Shown: positions 9,386 through 19,847 of the stretch, one piece after another
How the letters are laid out: each line of letters opens with the position of its first letter
Numbering within the stretch: the first letter of the stretch is position 1
IMG/VR virus record: IMGVR_UViG_3300010352_001543
Length of the DNA: 64,000 nucleotides
DNA from: a virus
Lineage: Duplodnaviria; Caudoviricetes
Strand: one strand, 5' to 3'
Notes under the pieces: model-generated
What the model saw: only the letters and a program-made list of their open reading frames with translations
Told to the model about the DNA's origin: nothing
The model's database searches: none
Program-made: the position numbers and the translations under genes

Positions 9386-11536
9386 CTATTCTATTGATAA
9401 TATTTTTAAAATCTTCGGTAAATATTTATTACTTAATGTAACATAATTAGACGAATTATTCTTCATCTTATCATTGTTATTTTCTATACTAATTATATAT
9501 TTGTCTATTAATTCTGTATTATTTATATCTTTTAATAGTGCTATTTGGTTGTCAACGTTTACTGATGCTGCCTTTTCCTTTCCCACCATTGTATAAAGGT
9601 ATGAATCTTCGGTGACTTTGGATGCTTCTTCTCCATCCAAATAACAAACGGTTGAATCAATAATAGGTTTGGAAAATTCAACTTCATTTATTTTAGTTTG
9701 ATAAATGATGTCACCATTTCCATCTTTTATTATTTTACCTTGTACCGGAACACCGTTTATTTTGAAATTACCGATGTCCGAATTCGGTCTAAAATAATAT
9801 CTAAATTTAAAATTATTCCAACTATCGTTTTCATACTGAGACACCATCATAACATTATTTTTAAAAGGAATTGCTTTAAAAAATATATCTTCAAATGAAT
9901 TGAAGGCATCACAAATTGATTGTACAATATCACTTATTTTTTGCTTGGTATTAAAATACGTAAAATAATACGGTGGTTCCTTATAACTAAATTTCAAGTT
10001 AGTATATTCATGTTCATCTATCTTCTGAAAATTACTATCACCGAAATCATACAAGTCAAAAGTTGTTCTGTTTGTTCTTGGATTTTTCCGTAGGTTATAA
10101 ATAGGACTTTCTATATTAATTTCACCGAAATAAATTTTGACCGGCTGGAATTCATCGATTTCTAAATACTCATCTATCTCAACACTTAAAATATATTTGA
10201 TATAATCTCGGGTGTTAGAATTTGCTTGGTGTCTATGGCTAACGTCTTGTAACTCAAATTGACTTGTCTGAAAATGAAATTCAATGTTATTTTGTAGGTA
10301 CGGAGTATATTCAATGAAATCCAAATCATCTCTCGCGATGATTCTATATTCCATGCTGTTATTTACACATCCAGGTGATATACTTAAATAACAACCGTTC
10401 GTAAAAGGTCGAGACAATTCATTATCGATTGTTAAAATTAAATTGCTTGGTATTGAAATATTTTCCACCATGTTTCCAACAACACTTTGGGTAGTTAGTT
10501 CATTACCAAATAACTTATCTATTTTAAAAGCAGATGAATTAAACACCAGTAGATTGAAATATTTTTCTTGAATGGAAATTAATGACGAATACCTATCTAC
10601 TATTGTATAACAATGATCAATATCTAAAATCGGTTCATATGTTGGATAATTCACATTAAGTGTAATTTCGTTTTCTATTTGATTATTTAGATACTTAGAA
10701 TTAATAATATTGTTTTCATTAAAGTTCAGCTTGTAGCGTTTCGCAAAGGTATTATAATCTATATCAAACTTGCAAATTTCTTCTGTCTTAACTAGTAGAT
10801 ATTGGTATTCGTCAAAATCATAATTAGTGTCTTTAAAAAATATTTCAAAATTGAAACAGTTGGAGGAAATCAACTCATATTTTTGGATTTGTTTATTGAA
10901 GTCTTCTTGAGTGAAAGTTTTCTGAACAATGCCGGTTCCTGGATCAATGGTTGTTGTACTATCAAAAAGAAAACTTGTTTTATATGTTTCGTAGTTACTT
11001 GTCTTTGGGCGGATACCATACAAGTCAACCATTGCAGATGACTGAATGAAATCCTCCTTGCTTAAAATTTTGTCGGTGTATGAACCCAAAATATAATTAA
11101 TAAAATCTTTGACATGAAAAGAGTATATGATTTCAGAATTTTTAAAATCCTCCGGGATTAAGGTGTTTGTATTACCGTGAAATTTCTTTTGCTTGTTTCC
11201 TAAAATCAAAATATAATCCGGTAAATCAGTAAGATTAAATTGAACAGCAATTGAAAGACTTTTATCAAAATCAGTTGTTTTATAATACTTTAAATTTTCA
11301 TGAAATTCAATAGGAAAAGAAATAGTTCCGTCTTTGGATACATAAGTCAAATTCCTTCTATTGTAAAACTTTTTAAGATCAGAACTAAAATCAGTAGTGA
11401 TCTTATTTATTTTGTTTTTCTGTTCATCCTCATAGATATCATCAAAAGTTGATATGTAGATACTACTATCGACTATATCAAATTTTAAATTTCCTGTTCG
11501 ATTCAGATTTATATTTGTTTGGATTTTATTAATCAT
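9386..11536 (-). CDS. Large putative virion protein
   Basis: 716-aa ORF whose stop abuts the next start. Confidence 0.65.
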   Translation of the reverse strand: MINKIQTNINLNRTGNLKFDIVDSSIYISTFDDIYEDEQKNKINKITTDFSSDLKKFYNRRNLTYVSKDGTISFPIEFHENLKYYKTTDFDKSLSIAVQFNLTDLPDYILILGNKQKKFHGNTNTLIPEDFKNSEIIYSFHVKDFINYILGSYTDKILSKEDFIQSSAMVDLYGIRPKTSNYETYKTSFLFDSTTTIDPGTGIVQKTFTQEDFNKQIQKYELISSNCFNFEIFFKDTNYDFDEYQYLLVKTEEICKFDIDYNTFAKRYKLNFNENNIINSKYLNNQIENEITLNVNYPTYEPILDIDHCYTIVDRYSSLISIQEKYFNLLVFNSSAFKIDKLFGNELTTQSVVGNMVENISIPSNLILTIDNELSRPFTNGCYLSISPGCVNNSMEYRIIARDDLDFIEYTPYLQNNIEFHFQTSQFELQDVSHRHQANSNTRDYIKYILSVEIDEYLEIDEFQPVKIYFGEINIESPIYNLRKNPRTNRTTFDLYDFGDSNFQKIDEHEYTNLKFSYKEPPYYFTYFNTKQKISDIVQSICDAFNSFEDIFFKAIPFKNNVMMVSQYENDSWNNFKFRYYFRPNSDIGNFKINGVPVQGKIIKDGNGDIIYQTKINEVEFSKPIIDSTVCYLDGEEASKVTEDSYLYTMVGKEKAASVNVDNQIALLKDINNTELIDKYIISIENNNDKMKNNSSNYVTLSNKYLPKILKILSIE

Positions 11537-11547
11537 ATAGGTGATTA

Positions 11548-12063
11548 TTAACCATTCATTATTTTATTTTGCATTTGTTCTAAAATTTCTTTAAATAATT
11601 CTCTTGAACCATTAATTTCTTTTCTAATATTATTATCTATCTTATCAAATTTTTGGTATGAATCAATTCTTGTATCTATACTACTATATTCAAATTCAAA
11701 AGCAATAGATCCTTTTGAACTTAATAAAATATCATAATTTGATGTTCCTTTGATGTTTGGATCTGTATTATTATTCAAAAAAGTTTTTACTATCTTAGTA
11801 AAAATAGGAGAATTATTAATTTCATTTATGATATATTTATCGAATTTTATATGTTCTATTTCGTAATCTGGCTTATTACCTTTTGTTTCCGGTTTAAACC
11901 AACGTAGAAAAAATTCATTGTTATAAAAATTCATATAGAATAATAATCTATAATGTTCAAAAAATTTATATGGTTCTGTTGGTTTGAAATCTTCTCTAAA
12001 ACTCTCTTCCGTGTTTAAATTTTCATTTATAAACTCACTAAACTTTTTTAATCGTTGTTCCAT
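11548..12063 (-). CDS. Leader-tagged protein, paralog of 12069..12422
   Basis: Likely start MEQRLKKFSEFINE at 12063; shares FKPTEP and C-terminal KIMNG with its neighbour. Confidence 0.7.
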   Translation of the reverse strand: MEQRLKKFSEFINENLNTEESFREDFKPTEPYKFFEHYRLLFYMNFYNNEFFLRWFKPETKGNKPDYEIEHIKFDKYIINEINNSPIFTKIVKTFLNNNTDPNIKGTSNYDILLSSKGSIAFEFEYSSIDTRIDSYQKFDKIDNNIRKEINGSRELFKEILEQMQNKIMNG

Positions 12064-12068
12064 TATAT

Positions 12069-12422
12069 TTAACCATTCATTATTTTGAACTGAATACATT
12101 CTAAAATATAGCCAAATAAATCTTTTGACTTGTTTACTTCTTTGATCATATACTGATCAATAGGAACTTTGTCTTGATATGATTTTCCTTCGTAGTACCA
12201 ATTAAGTTCAATGGAACCTGACCAAAAATCAAAAATAGCAGACACTTTAGCATCTTTCATAAATTTTGCTGGTTCAGTTGGTTTAAAACTATTCTTTATT
12301 CCATCCGCTACACCTTCGTCCAGTATATGATGTTCATTTCTTAGTTGTTCTACTTCTTCGTCTAAAATGAATCCATGTTCTTCATTCATAAATTCATTAA
12401 ACTTTTTTACGTTCTGCTTCAT
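12069..12422 (-). CDS. Leader-tagged protein
   Basis: MKQNVKKFNEFMNEE leader; FKPTEP; ends KIMNG. Confidence 0.7.
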   Translation of the reverse strand: MKQNVKKFNEFMNEEHGFILDEEVEQLRNEHHILDEGVADGIKNSFKPTEPAKFMKDAKVSAIFDFWSGSIELNWYYEGKSYQDKVPIDQYMIKEVNKSKDLFGYILECIQFKIMNG

Positions 12423-12424
12423 AA

Positions 12425-14695
12425 TTAATTAACCTTAATTTTATACTGTGCCACCAATGGTGATCCGACTACAAATTTAGTCATTTGTTCATCTGAAAAC
12501 GAAACTGTTACTAAATCTGATTCTAAATTCCATGCACTTTCTTTTTGTAATAGTATTCCTTCATCTTCATCGAACAACATAAATGTATCAATATCTATCT
12601 TATTAGGGAATACTATTGTTTTATTATCTATATTTGTCTGTGTCAGATTTATTCTCTTTATATTTATTTGTGAAAATAATCCAGCATTTATGTTCGATTG
12701 AAGAATATCAATTTGTGCCAGTTTTGCATCAATATCCGAACGCAAGGATTCTTCCATAATGACATCAAGAGTATTTGTTTCAGAGACTAAAATAACATCA
12801 GGGAATTCAACCAAAATTGGTTTGGACCATTCAGAGGTCAGTGGATTGCTTGGATAACCAGCTTCCGAAATTGATTTAACTCTTATTTCAACTTTTTCGT
12901 ATGGAGAAATCGGAACTTCAACTTGGTTGACGTTAGGAACATTCTTTTCTAAGTCTTGGAACTCCCAAACATAGTCACCGATTGTTTGATCCCAAACCTT
13001 CTCACGAATATTTGTTTTCAATTCTTTCCATTCACTAAACAAAGCATCTCTAACCTCACCATCTAATTCTTCAAATTTAATTTTTACATTACATGTAGGA
13101 TTATCAAATAAGTCTAAGTAACGATACTGAACATTGAAACCGATTACGTCTTGAAATCTACCCTTCGCGTCTTTCTTCCGTTGAGGAATGTTCCAAAAAC
13201 CTTTGACCGCGTAAGACGGTGTAACTGTTTCAGCTTTTGAATTATATTCATATTTAGAAGAAGCAATTTGTTCACTAAGCGTTTTGATTTGTAAATTATT
13301 GGCCGCCAACTGTTGACTTAATTCAATTACATGAACATTAATTTGTTCCAGTGCTGTTGGTGTTATTCCTTCTTGAGATCGGGAAATATCTAAATCAATT
13401 ATGGACTGTTGAATTGTTTTGTTCTCTAATCTTAGTCGGAAAATTTCTTTGGCAGCAAAATCTATAGCGTCTGTTTTGATAGAACGTTTTTGAACATTAT
13501 TATCTTGCATTACCACGAAATTAGAAGCATTTAGAACTGGAGCATCTGGTGTTATTCCTTCGTATGCTGGAATACTATTGTACTCTATGTGGTCAAGAAG
13601 AACTTTTTCCACATCATAAATATTTTTAATGAAATAATCATTGAAACTTATTGTATTTCCATTAGAGTCAGTTTTGGTTAGACTGGCTGAATCAAATGCA
13701 ACCCCTTCTGACCAATCATCGGTTGTTATATGATACTCCGGATCAATTGGTTTAACAAAAAGAATAGTATGTTGATTATAATTTATAGGAATTTCTATAA
13801 ACTTAGATCCAATAGTGTCCGACACGATTCTAAGCATGTTAATACCTACAGAAACAGTCTCAAATCCATTTTTCATCGCTAAGGTAACAATATACTCATT
13901 ATCGATGAACTCAACGTTATACACAATATATGTCGCTTTTGAGTTTTTGGTTGTTAAGAGGTCACCTGCAACAAGTTGATGACCTTGTTTTGTTCCGGAA
14001 CCATTTTCTGTATAAGTAATCTTATTAAATTTATATTTCTTTATTGAAGCATACTCGGCTGTTTTCAAAACGTCCGGTAGTATCCCGATGACATCAAAAG
14101 TTCCAGAATACTGTAACTCAAGTGCTGGAAGTAATTCTTGTTTTACTTCTTCTGTGAAACTAATGTTCCTACTATTTAAAAATTCTTTGGTGGTGTAATA
14201 GTCGAGATTATTTCTACCTTGAAAATAATCAGCCCATGTTATTTTATCTACCTCTGTACTAATATCTAAATTCAGCCTTGAATAATAACAGAACTTTGAG
14301 AAATTATCAACCTTTCCAGTAAGGTCTATTTTGACTGTAAGATTTTCAGAAAGAAAATTCTTCAAGAACCAATTCTCTTCTGCACTGAAATTAACAGGAA
14401 ATTTGATAGCAGTAATTTTATCCGGCTCGTTGGTTAGTGTAACCTTACCATCAGCCGTCTTCTGATTGATACTATTTAATAATTCTACATTGTTGTTTAT
14501 TTCAGAAACTCTTCTAAGCATATAAGCATATGACGGAAGTCTGTAATCAATAGTATTTCCTTTTTCATCCTCTAATTTTACAGTGACCACATCTTTGTCA
14601 CTAACCAGTGATTCGGTGATCGCCTGAAGTATCTTTAGATTTTGACTATTTGTTTTTAAAATCTTTTCGTAGAATTGATCTATTGAATGTTGCAT
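12425..14695 (-). CDS. Large putative virion protein with a central coiled coil
   Basis: 756 aa; Q/L/I heptads centrally; beta-rich C-terminal part. Confidence 0.65.
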   Translation of the reverse strand: MQHSIDQFYEKILKTNSQNLKILQAITESLVSDKDVVTVKLEDEKGNTIDYRLPSYAYMLRRVSEINNNVELLNSINQKTADGKVTLTNEPDKITAIKFPVNFSAEENWFLKNFLSENLTVKIDLTGKVDNFSKFCYYSRLNLDISTEVDKITWADYFQGRNNLDYYTTKEFLNSRNISFTEEVKQELLPALELQYSGTFDVIGILPDVLKTAEYASIKKYKFNKITYTENGSGTKQGHQLVAGDLLTTKNSKATYIVYNVEFIDNEYIVTLAMKNGFETVSVGINMLRIVSDTIGSKFIEIPINYNQHTILFVKPIDPEYHITTDDWSEGVAFDSASLTKTDSNGNTISFNDYFIKNIYDVEKVLLDHIEYNSIPAYEGITPDAPVLNASNFVVMQDNNVQKRSIKTDAIDFAAKEIFRLRLENKTIQQSIIDLDISRSQEGITPTALEQINVHVIELSQQLAANNLQIKTLSEQIASSKYEYNSKAETVTPSYAVKGFWNIPQRKKDAKGRFQDVIGFNVQYRYLDLFDNPTCNVKIKFEELDGEVRDALFSEWKELKTNIREKVWDQTIGDYVWEFQDLEKNVPNVNQVEVPISPYEKVEIRVKSISEAGYPSNPLTSEWSKPILVEFPDVILVSETNTLDVIMEESLRSDIDAKLAQIDILQSNINAGLFSQINIKRINLTQTNIDNKTIVFPNKIDIDTFMLFDEDEGILLQKESAWNLESDLVTVSFSDEQMTKFVVGSPLVAQYKIKVN

Positions 14696-14708
14696 GTTCT
14701 AATCTTTT

Positions 14709-17051
14709 TTAATTTAAAAAATCTATAACGAATATGAAATTATCTGCGTCTAAACATTGTATTTCAATTACAGGACAATAATTTCTGCTTTTGAAATCAA
14801 CTGCTTCAATTTGAGCCACCAATGCTCCATAACTTGAACTGTTCTTCAACGTGTTGTTAGCGTCAGTATAAATTCTCAAAGTTTTACTTGCATTTATGTT
14901 TTCAAGATCATACGGAGTTTTCCAATACAATCTCATTACCTGTCCGGTTTCCCATTTAGTATATGAATCATCCAAATAAAGTTTCATATTATAGTTAGGA
15001 ACAAATGTAGTATAATTCGTTTGGTCATCAAAACGCAAATAGTTCTTCTTTGGTTGTAGTCGGTGATCAAGAGACAGGTACTTTGTTCCGGTTCCAACAT
15101 CTAAAATTTCACTCCAGTCCGTTTTAGCTACATATATTTTTTCGGCATAGGTGTACTCATTCTTGTATGTATCGATCAACAAGTTGTCACCTTCGTGTTG
15201 TAAACTTATACCTTGTCCAGCATTGATTGTTCCTAAATCAAATGCAACCTTCAGACTTGTTTTTCCTTCAAGAATGGAATAAAGTAGTTTGTAATTATTT
15301 TGAATTAAATTAACCAACTCTTCTCTTGTGGTCAGTACATTCGAAAGTTCCTGTTGGTTTAGAAAAGATTGAAGTGCGTCATACTTATCTGAAAGTGTTT
15401 GAACACTATTGACACCAATCATCTTCGAAATTTCTTCAATTTCTCTTACCCTCTGTTCCAGCGCAAGTGTGTTAATACTTTGATTATAAATGTCAGTAGA
15501 AACCCTGGCCATCTCAGTCAGTGATTCATGAAATAGTTCCATGCTAAGTGTGTTGGAATCAGAAATTTGGAATTCAGAATCAACAAACACATTTGAGTTG
15601 TTCAGGTTGACTTTAAAATTTAAACGGAAGCCGTAGCTATTTCCATTCAGTTTGAAATCATCATTTGGTCTACATTTTTCGTAACGGGAAATACCATAAC
15701 CGTCTGATTCTTCATTTCTGAATTTATCAACGAACAGAACACCGAATAGATTGGTAGCTTTTACTTCTTCCATCATATCATAAACACCGGTAGTTGAATT
15801 ATAAACTTCTGAATTTTCATAGATATCATAATACAACAAAATTGTATTGAACTTGAAACTGGTTGAGGTTGGTTGTAATGCAGAATCTATCAAAGTTGAA
15901 TAACCTAAGTTCTCAAAGAATTTTGAATATGAATTAGCATCAAAGTCAATTTCAATTCCATCTAATTTAGACCTAAGGAAACGAGTTGCTCCTGTTTCTA
16001 AATCAGTTGTATCAACGGCTGGATCATAAATAGCTAAACTATCATTAGAGGCGTCGTTGAAATCTTCTGGTTCAAGTATATAAGTATTAGAATCAGTAAT
16101 TGCAGTTGTTCCACCGGTCAAATACCACCAGTCATTCATTTTATAAGCTGATTCACTTTCGTCAAGACTTAGCTTGTTACCGTTTAGGCTGTTTGGTATT
16201 TTCTTGAAGAGAGTTGGACCGTTTTGATTTTCATTGACAGAAGATGAATCTATTCCAGAATCATTGTCATAAAAAGCAATTAAGCTTAGTCCGTCCGGGT
16301 GTTCCTCATTTACTTTTCTCCCAAGAATCAATTCGGAGTTTTCATCCACATCTGTTCTATAAAAAGAACGACCAGGTGAATAGTTATCATCCGAATTTGT
16401 TTTGAAAAGAACACTTGGAAAATTTCCCACTTCAAGAGGAATATGAACATATACACTATTGTAGGTATTATCATTTCCGGAGTACTTATCTACAAAATTA
16501 ATATCACCGATGTATTGAACAACCCTATTATAATTCTTTACTGCATCGTCTGCTTCTTCTATGAATCGGGTATCATTTAGACCATTAACCGGATAGGAGT
16601 CGAAACGAATTCCACCCATCTCTTTCAACCACTTGAAAAACACTCTTTCTGAAACTGTCTTATAAGATGATGAATTATATCCGTCAGAAGCAAGAATAGT
16701 GTTTTCAAGATTCAAACAGTAGTTTTGAAATGATTCAGCGAACTGGACATTTCGGTCAACCGTTAAACTTTCTTGCATATAATCATAAGCACCAGGAATA
16801 GCATCAAGACGAAGATTGTTTGAATTCTCAGGTAAAGACATAATATTCACTTGACTACGGAGAGCAGTATTCTTGATGTTCGGAATGTTTAACAAGGCAA
16901 ATTTCGAGAACCTAAATTTGGATTTAGTGTCCTCTCCAATGCTTAAGTTAAGATCTTCTGCAGCAGAAGACATGGTGTAGAAAGAACCTCCGCGGTTCTG
17001 AATTCTTCTGATTAGAGGAGTTGCTCGTTTATATTTGATAGCTTCAGCCAT
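14709..17051 (-). CDS. Large putative virion/baseplate protein
   Basis: 780 aa; blocks such as KFRFSKFALLNIP, AESFQNYCLNLE and SERVFFKWLKE that I recall from jumbo-phage structural proteins. Confidence 0.6.
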   Translation of the reverse strand: MAEAIKYKRATPLIRRIQNRGGSFYTMSSAAEDLNLSIGEDTKSKFRFSKFALLNIPNIKNTALRSQVNIMSLPENSNNLRLDAIPGAYDYMQESLTVDRNVQFAESFQNYCLNLENTILASDGYNSSSYKTVSERVFFKWLKEMGGIRFDSYPVNGLNDTRFIEEADDAVKNYNRVVQYIGDINFVDKYSGNDNTYNSVYVHIPLEVGNFPSVLFKTNSDDNYSPGRSFYRTDVDENSELILGRKVNEEHPDGLSLIAFYDNDSGIDSSSVNENQNGPTLFKKIPNSLNGNKLSLDESESAYKMNDWWYLTGGTTAITDSNTYILEPEDFNDASNDSLAIYDPAVDTTDLETGATRFLRSKLDGIEIDFDANSYSKFFENLGYSTLIDSALQPTSTSFKFNTILLYYDIYENSEVYNSTTGVYDMMEEVKATNLFGVLFVDKFRNEESDGYGISRYEKCRPNDDFKLNGNSYGFRLNFKVNLNNSNVFVDSEFQISDSNTLSMELFHESLTEMARVSTDIYNQSINTLALEQRVREIEEISKMIGVNSVQTLSDKYDALQSFLNQQELSNVLTTREELVNLIQNNYKLLYSILEGKTSLKVAFDLGTINAGQGISLQHEGDNLLIDTYKNEYTYAEKIYVAKTDWSEILDVGTGTKYLSLDHRLQPKKNYLRFDDQTNYTTFVPNYNMKLYLDDSYTKWETGQVMRLYWKTPYDLENINASKTLRIYTDANNTLKNSSSYGALVAQIEAVDFKSRNYCPVIEIQCLDADNFIFVIDFLN

Positions 17052-17066
17052 ACTTAATATTCTCTT

Positions 17067-17459
17067 TTATTTTATTGTCTTTTGTAAAATTTTGATCATT
17101 TCTTCTACTTGATCTTTGGTTACAGGAATACTTAGGGTGTCTATATCTGCCCAAATATTAATATAAAAAAGATTTCTATCAATTAAATCATTATCTACAT
17201 CATTTCCTTCACTGTCATTTAAGCCATATTTTTCAGCTGAACATACAGACATTTCACATTTATGTTTATAACTATCCATTAGCATAAAATCAGCACCATT
17301 TTTATTTGTACTTATTTTATGGTTTTTCACTGCATCAGCTTCCACGTTACAGCCTTCTGATTCCAATTCTTTAATGACGGTTTCTTTTAGAGATTCGTTA
17401 ATACTGTTGTTTAGACTTTCATTTGTGAAGTCATTGAATTTTTTAACTCTGTTTTCCAT
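17067..17459 (-). CDS. Leader-tagged small protein
   Basis: MENRVKKFNDFTNESLNNSINES leader. Confidence 0.7.
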   Translation of the reverse strand: MENRVKKFNDFTNESLNNSINESLKETVIKELESEGCNVEADAVKNHKISTNKNGADFMLMDSYKHKCEMSVCSAEKYGLNDSEGNDVDNDLIDRNLFYINIWADIDTLSIPVTKDQVEEMIKILQKTIK

Positions 17460-17474
17460 TTTTTAATCTCTTTT

Positions 17475-18332
17475 TTAGTTCATATCTCTTGCTGCTATCT
17501 TAGGTAGCAAATCAGAGGTTGAATATGAATTTAGATATATCCATGTATTATTGTAGAAAATAAAATTCACAGACATATATGAATGTTTTAAAAATATTGC
17601 TACTGAACTATCATTTGTTCCAACTGAGTTGTTAGGAAATGCAATATTTGTTCCTAATATTTGAACACCATAAGCAGCAAGTTCTTCGTTTAATATAACG
17701 ATCAAATTTAGTCTATGACCTGCTTGAATATTATCAGTCAATAATTTCAAATGTCTTATATTTAGATTAGCATTGTTCACTGTGAATGTACTAAAATCTA
17801 ATAATAGAACAGATGATTTATTAACAGACAATTGTCCTACTTTTTTATTGTCTATTACTTCATAATGGGAAACGCCACCTTCCCCACCGGTATAGTTAGC
17901 TAGTTGATTTGCTCTGAAAATTGAGGAGATTCCCGAATCAACAAATTTACCTTTATTAACAAGACCGCCGTTGTTATTAATAACACTTTCAGCTGATAGC
18001 AAATCAAGGGATCCTGCTTGTATTTTTAAAGCGGATGCTCCAGCATTGCTGAGTTCAGAGGAGGTTGCTGTTATGGTATAACCAACTATTAAATGTCCAC
18101 CAATGTTAGCGGAAGCATTTGTAGTAAAGTTGGTTGTGTTTGGATTCGGAGTGTTAACTGTTCCGGTCAACAACTGTAACGATTTGATAGTTGATAAACT
18201 CTTGTCGTCTACATTGACAATATCACCTATTGAATTTATTGCCGCTGCTAAACTTGTTAGATTTTGATTTATTATCAATTTCATACTCGGAATAGTTTCG
18301 TTTCCAAGAAGTTGTTTGATTGATACTGCCAT
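17475..18332 (-). CDS. Putative tail/baseplate fibre-like protein
   Basis: N/S/T/G-rich; IINQNL N-terminal motif; preceded by a late-type promoter. Confidence 0.55.
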   Translation of the reverse strand: MAVSIKQLLGNETIPSMKLIINQNLTSLAAAINSIGDIVNVDDKSLSTIKSLQLLTGTVNTPNPNTTNFTTNASANIGGHLIVGYTITATSSELSNAGASALKIQAGSLDLLSAESVINNNGGLVNKGKFVDSGISSIFRANQLANYTGGEGGVSHYEVIDNKKVGQLSVNKSSVLLLDFSTFTVNNANLNIRHLKLLTDNIQAGHRLNLIVILNEELAAYGVQILGTNIAFPNNSVGTNDSSVAIFLKHSYMSVNFIFYNNTWIYLNSYSTSDLLPKIAARDMN

Positions 18333-18358
18333 TGTTTTATAACCTTATTTTTGTTTCT

Positions 18359-18371
18359 TATTTATATATTT
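18359..18371 (-). promoter_or_regulatory. Late-type promoter (AAATATATAAATA, containing the T4 late consensus TATAAATA)
   Basis: The same AATATATA core recurs upstream of genes at 18413, 29036, 30694, 39493, 46628 and 59976 (minus) and 18481 (plus). Confidence 0.6.
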
Positions 18372-18463
18372 GTTTATGAAGTTTGAAAAAATCTTCAATC
18401 ATTCATATAAAGTATATATTTATTTTTATATTTACATTTTAAATTATTTTATTGTAAATTGAT

Positions 18464-19836
18464 TCTGTAATATTTTGTTTTAATATATACTTTATATAAG
18501 AAAAACATAAAATAGTTTATATAAAACTCAATGGTCCAAGTAGAACAACATATAGTTAACAAATCAAACAGCAGTAAGAATGACTGGCAAGTGATTGATC
18601 ACTTAGCATTCTTATCTAAGAACTTGTACAACACTTGCCTATGGACCATCAAAAATCATTTTGAAGCAACCGGAAAGTGGATGCGATACAACGAAATGTA
18701 TAGAAAGTTTTATACCGAGCAAACGCCTGCTTTTATTGCTCTTCCAGCCGCGTCTGCTCAACAAATCATGATGGTGATGGATAAAAATATGAAGAGCTAC
18801 TTTGCTCTGCTAAAAATGTATAGAAAGAACAAAAAATTGCTGACCGGTTGTCCTCAGTTTCCTAAGTACAAAGATAGTATAAAAGGTAGAAACATAATTG
18901 TTTTTACTTCACAACAAATGAGACTACAAAAAGATGGAATAATTAATTTTCCGAAGAAGTCTGACTTGAGACCATTAAAGACTAAAATTCCAGTTGGTAG
19001 TCTAAAACAAGTTAGGATCATTCCTCAGTCATCTTGCTATGTCATAGAAGTTGTTTATGAAAAAGAAGCCATTCAAGCGTTTCCATCAAATGATTCATGG
19101 TTGTCTATTGACTTAGGAATCAACAACCTAATGACCTGCTTTGATACAGTTTCCAGCAAACCAACTATCATCAACGGCAAGCCACTTAAATCCATCAATC
19201 AATTTTACAACAAGAAACATGCTAAACTTCAGTCACGATTACAAAAACAGTACCCTAAACGACGTAAGTCAAAGAAACTAACAAAATTAACAACAAAAAG
19301 AAATCGTAAAATCAAAGACTACCTCCACAAGAGCTCCAGGTTTGTAGTCAATTATTGCTTGGAATCAGGCATCTCTAACATTGTAGTAGGTTACAACGCT
19401 GAGTGGAAACAAAACGTCCAGCTTGGCAGTAAGAACAACCAAAACTTTGTTCAGATTCCTTTCTTAACACTAATAAACCAGTTAGAATATAAAGCAGCGT
19501 TGCTTGGCATCACTGTTGTAAGGAACGAAGAATCCTACACCAGTAAGTGCTCAGCGATGGACCTCGAACCAGTTGAAAAACATGACACCTATTGCGGTGA
19601 GCGAGTTAAACGCGGCATGTTCAAGAGTTCAACCGGCCAGTCGATCAATGCTGACTTAAACGGAGCCATCAACATTCTTCGAAAAGTAGCTGGAGATAAG
19701 GAACCTGTAATGACTGTTGTAAAGCAGTGGGTTCAAACTCAATCCAGTATAGGTCAAGTCGTTTGGCCGTTTCATACATGTATGAATAAATAGTTTTTGT
19801 TTTTAAATAAAAATTGATACGATATTTATAATTCAA
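18464..19836 (+). mobile_element. Non-autonomous tnpB-only IS element, ends tentative
   Basis: No tnpA in the window; TTGAT at 18459..18463 and TTCAA at 19832..19836 resemble an ISDra2-type TAM and right end but may be chance in AT-rich DNA. Confidence 0.4.
18531..19793 (+). CDS. tnpB: IS200/IS605-family (IS1341-like) RNA-guided endonuclease TnpB
   Basis: SKNLYN N-terminus, RuvC-I SIDLG, VVGYN..WKQ, EESYTSKCS, RuvC-III NADLNGAINI; visibly higher GC than the flanks; antisense to the surrounding operon. Confidence 0.92.
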   Translation: MVQVEQHIVNKSNSSKNDWQVIDHLAFLSKNLYNTCLWTIKNHFEATGKWMRYNEMYRKFYTEQTPAFIALPAASAQQIMMVMDKNMKSYFALLKMYRKNKKLLTGCPQFPKYKDSIKGRNIIVFTSQQMRLQKDGIINFPKKSDLRPLKTKIPVGSLKQVRIIPQSSCYVIEVVYEKEAIQAFPSNDSWLSIDLGINNLMTCFDTVSSKPTIINGKPLKSINQFYNKKHAKLQSRLQKQYPKRRKSKKLTKLTTKRNRKIKDYLHKSSRFVVNYCLESGISNIVVGYNAEWKQNVQLGSKNNQNFVQIPFLTLINQLEYKAALLGITVVRNEESYTSKCSAMDLEPVEKHDTYCGERVKRGMFKSSTGQSINADLNGAINILRKVAGDKEPVMTVVKQWVQTQSSIGQVVWPFHTCMNK

Positions 19837-19847
19837 ATGTATGAATT

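Noticed and set aside
18446-18459. ATTTACAATAAAAT upstream of tnpB (minus strand) as a fourth early cassette
   Set aside because: It matches only the upstream half; the CGTC box, hairpin and RBS element are missing
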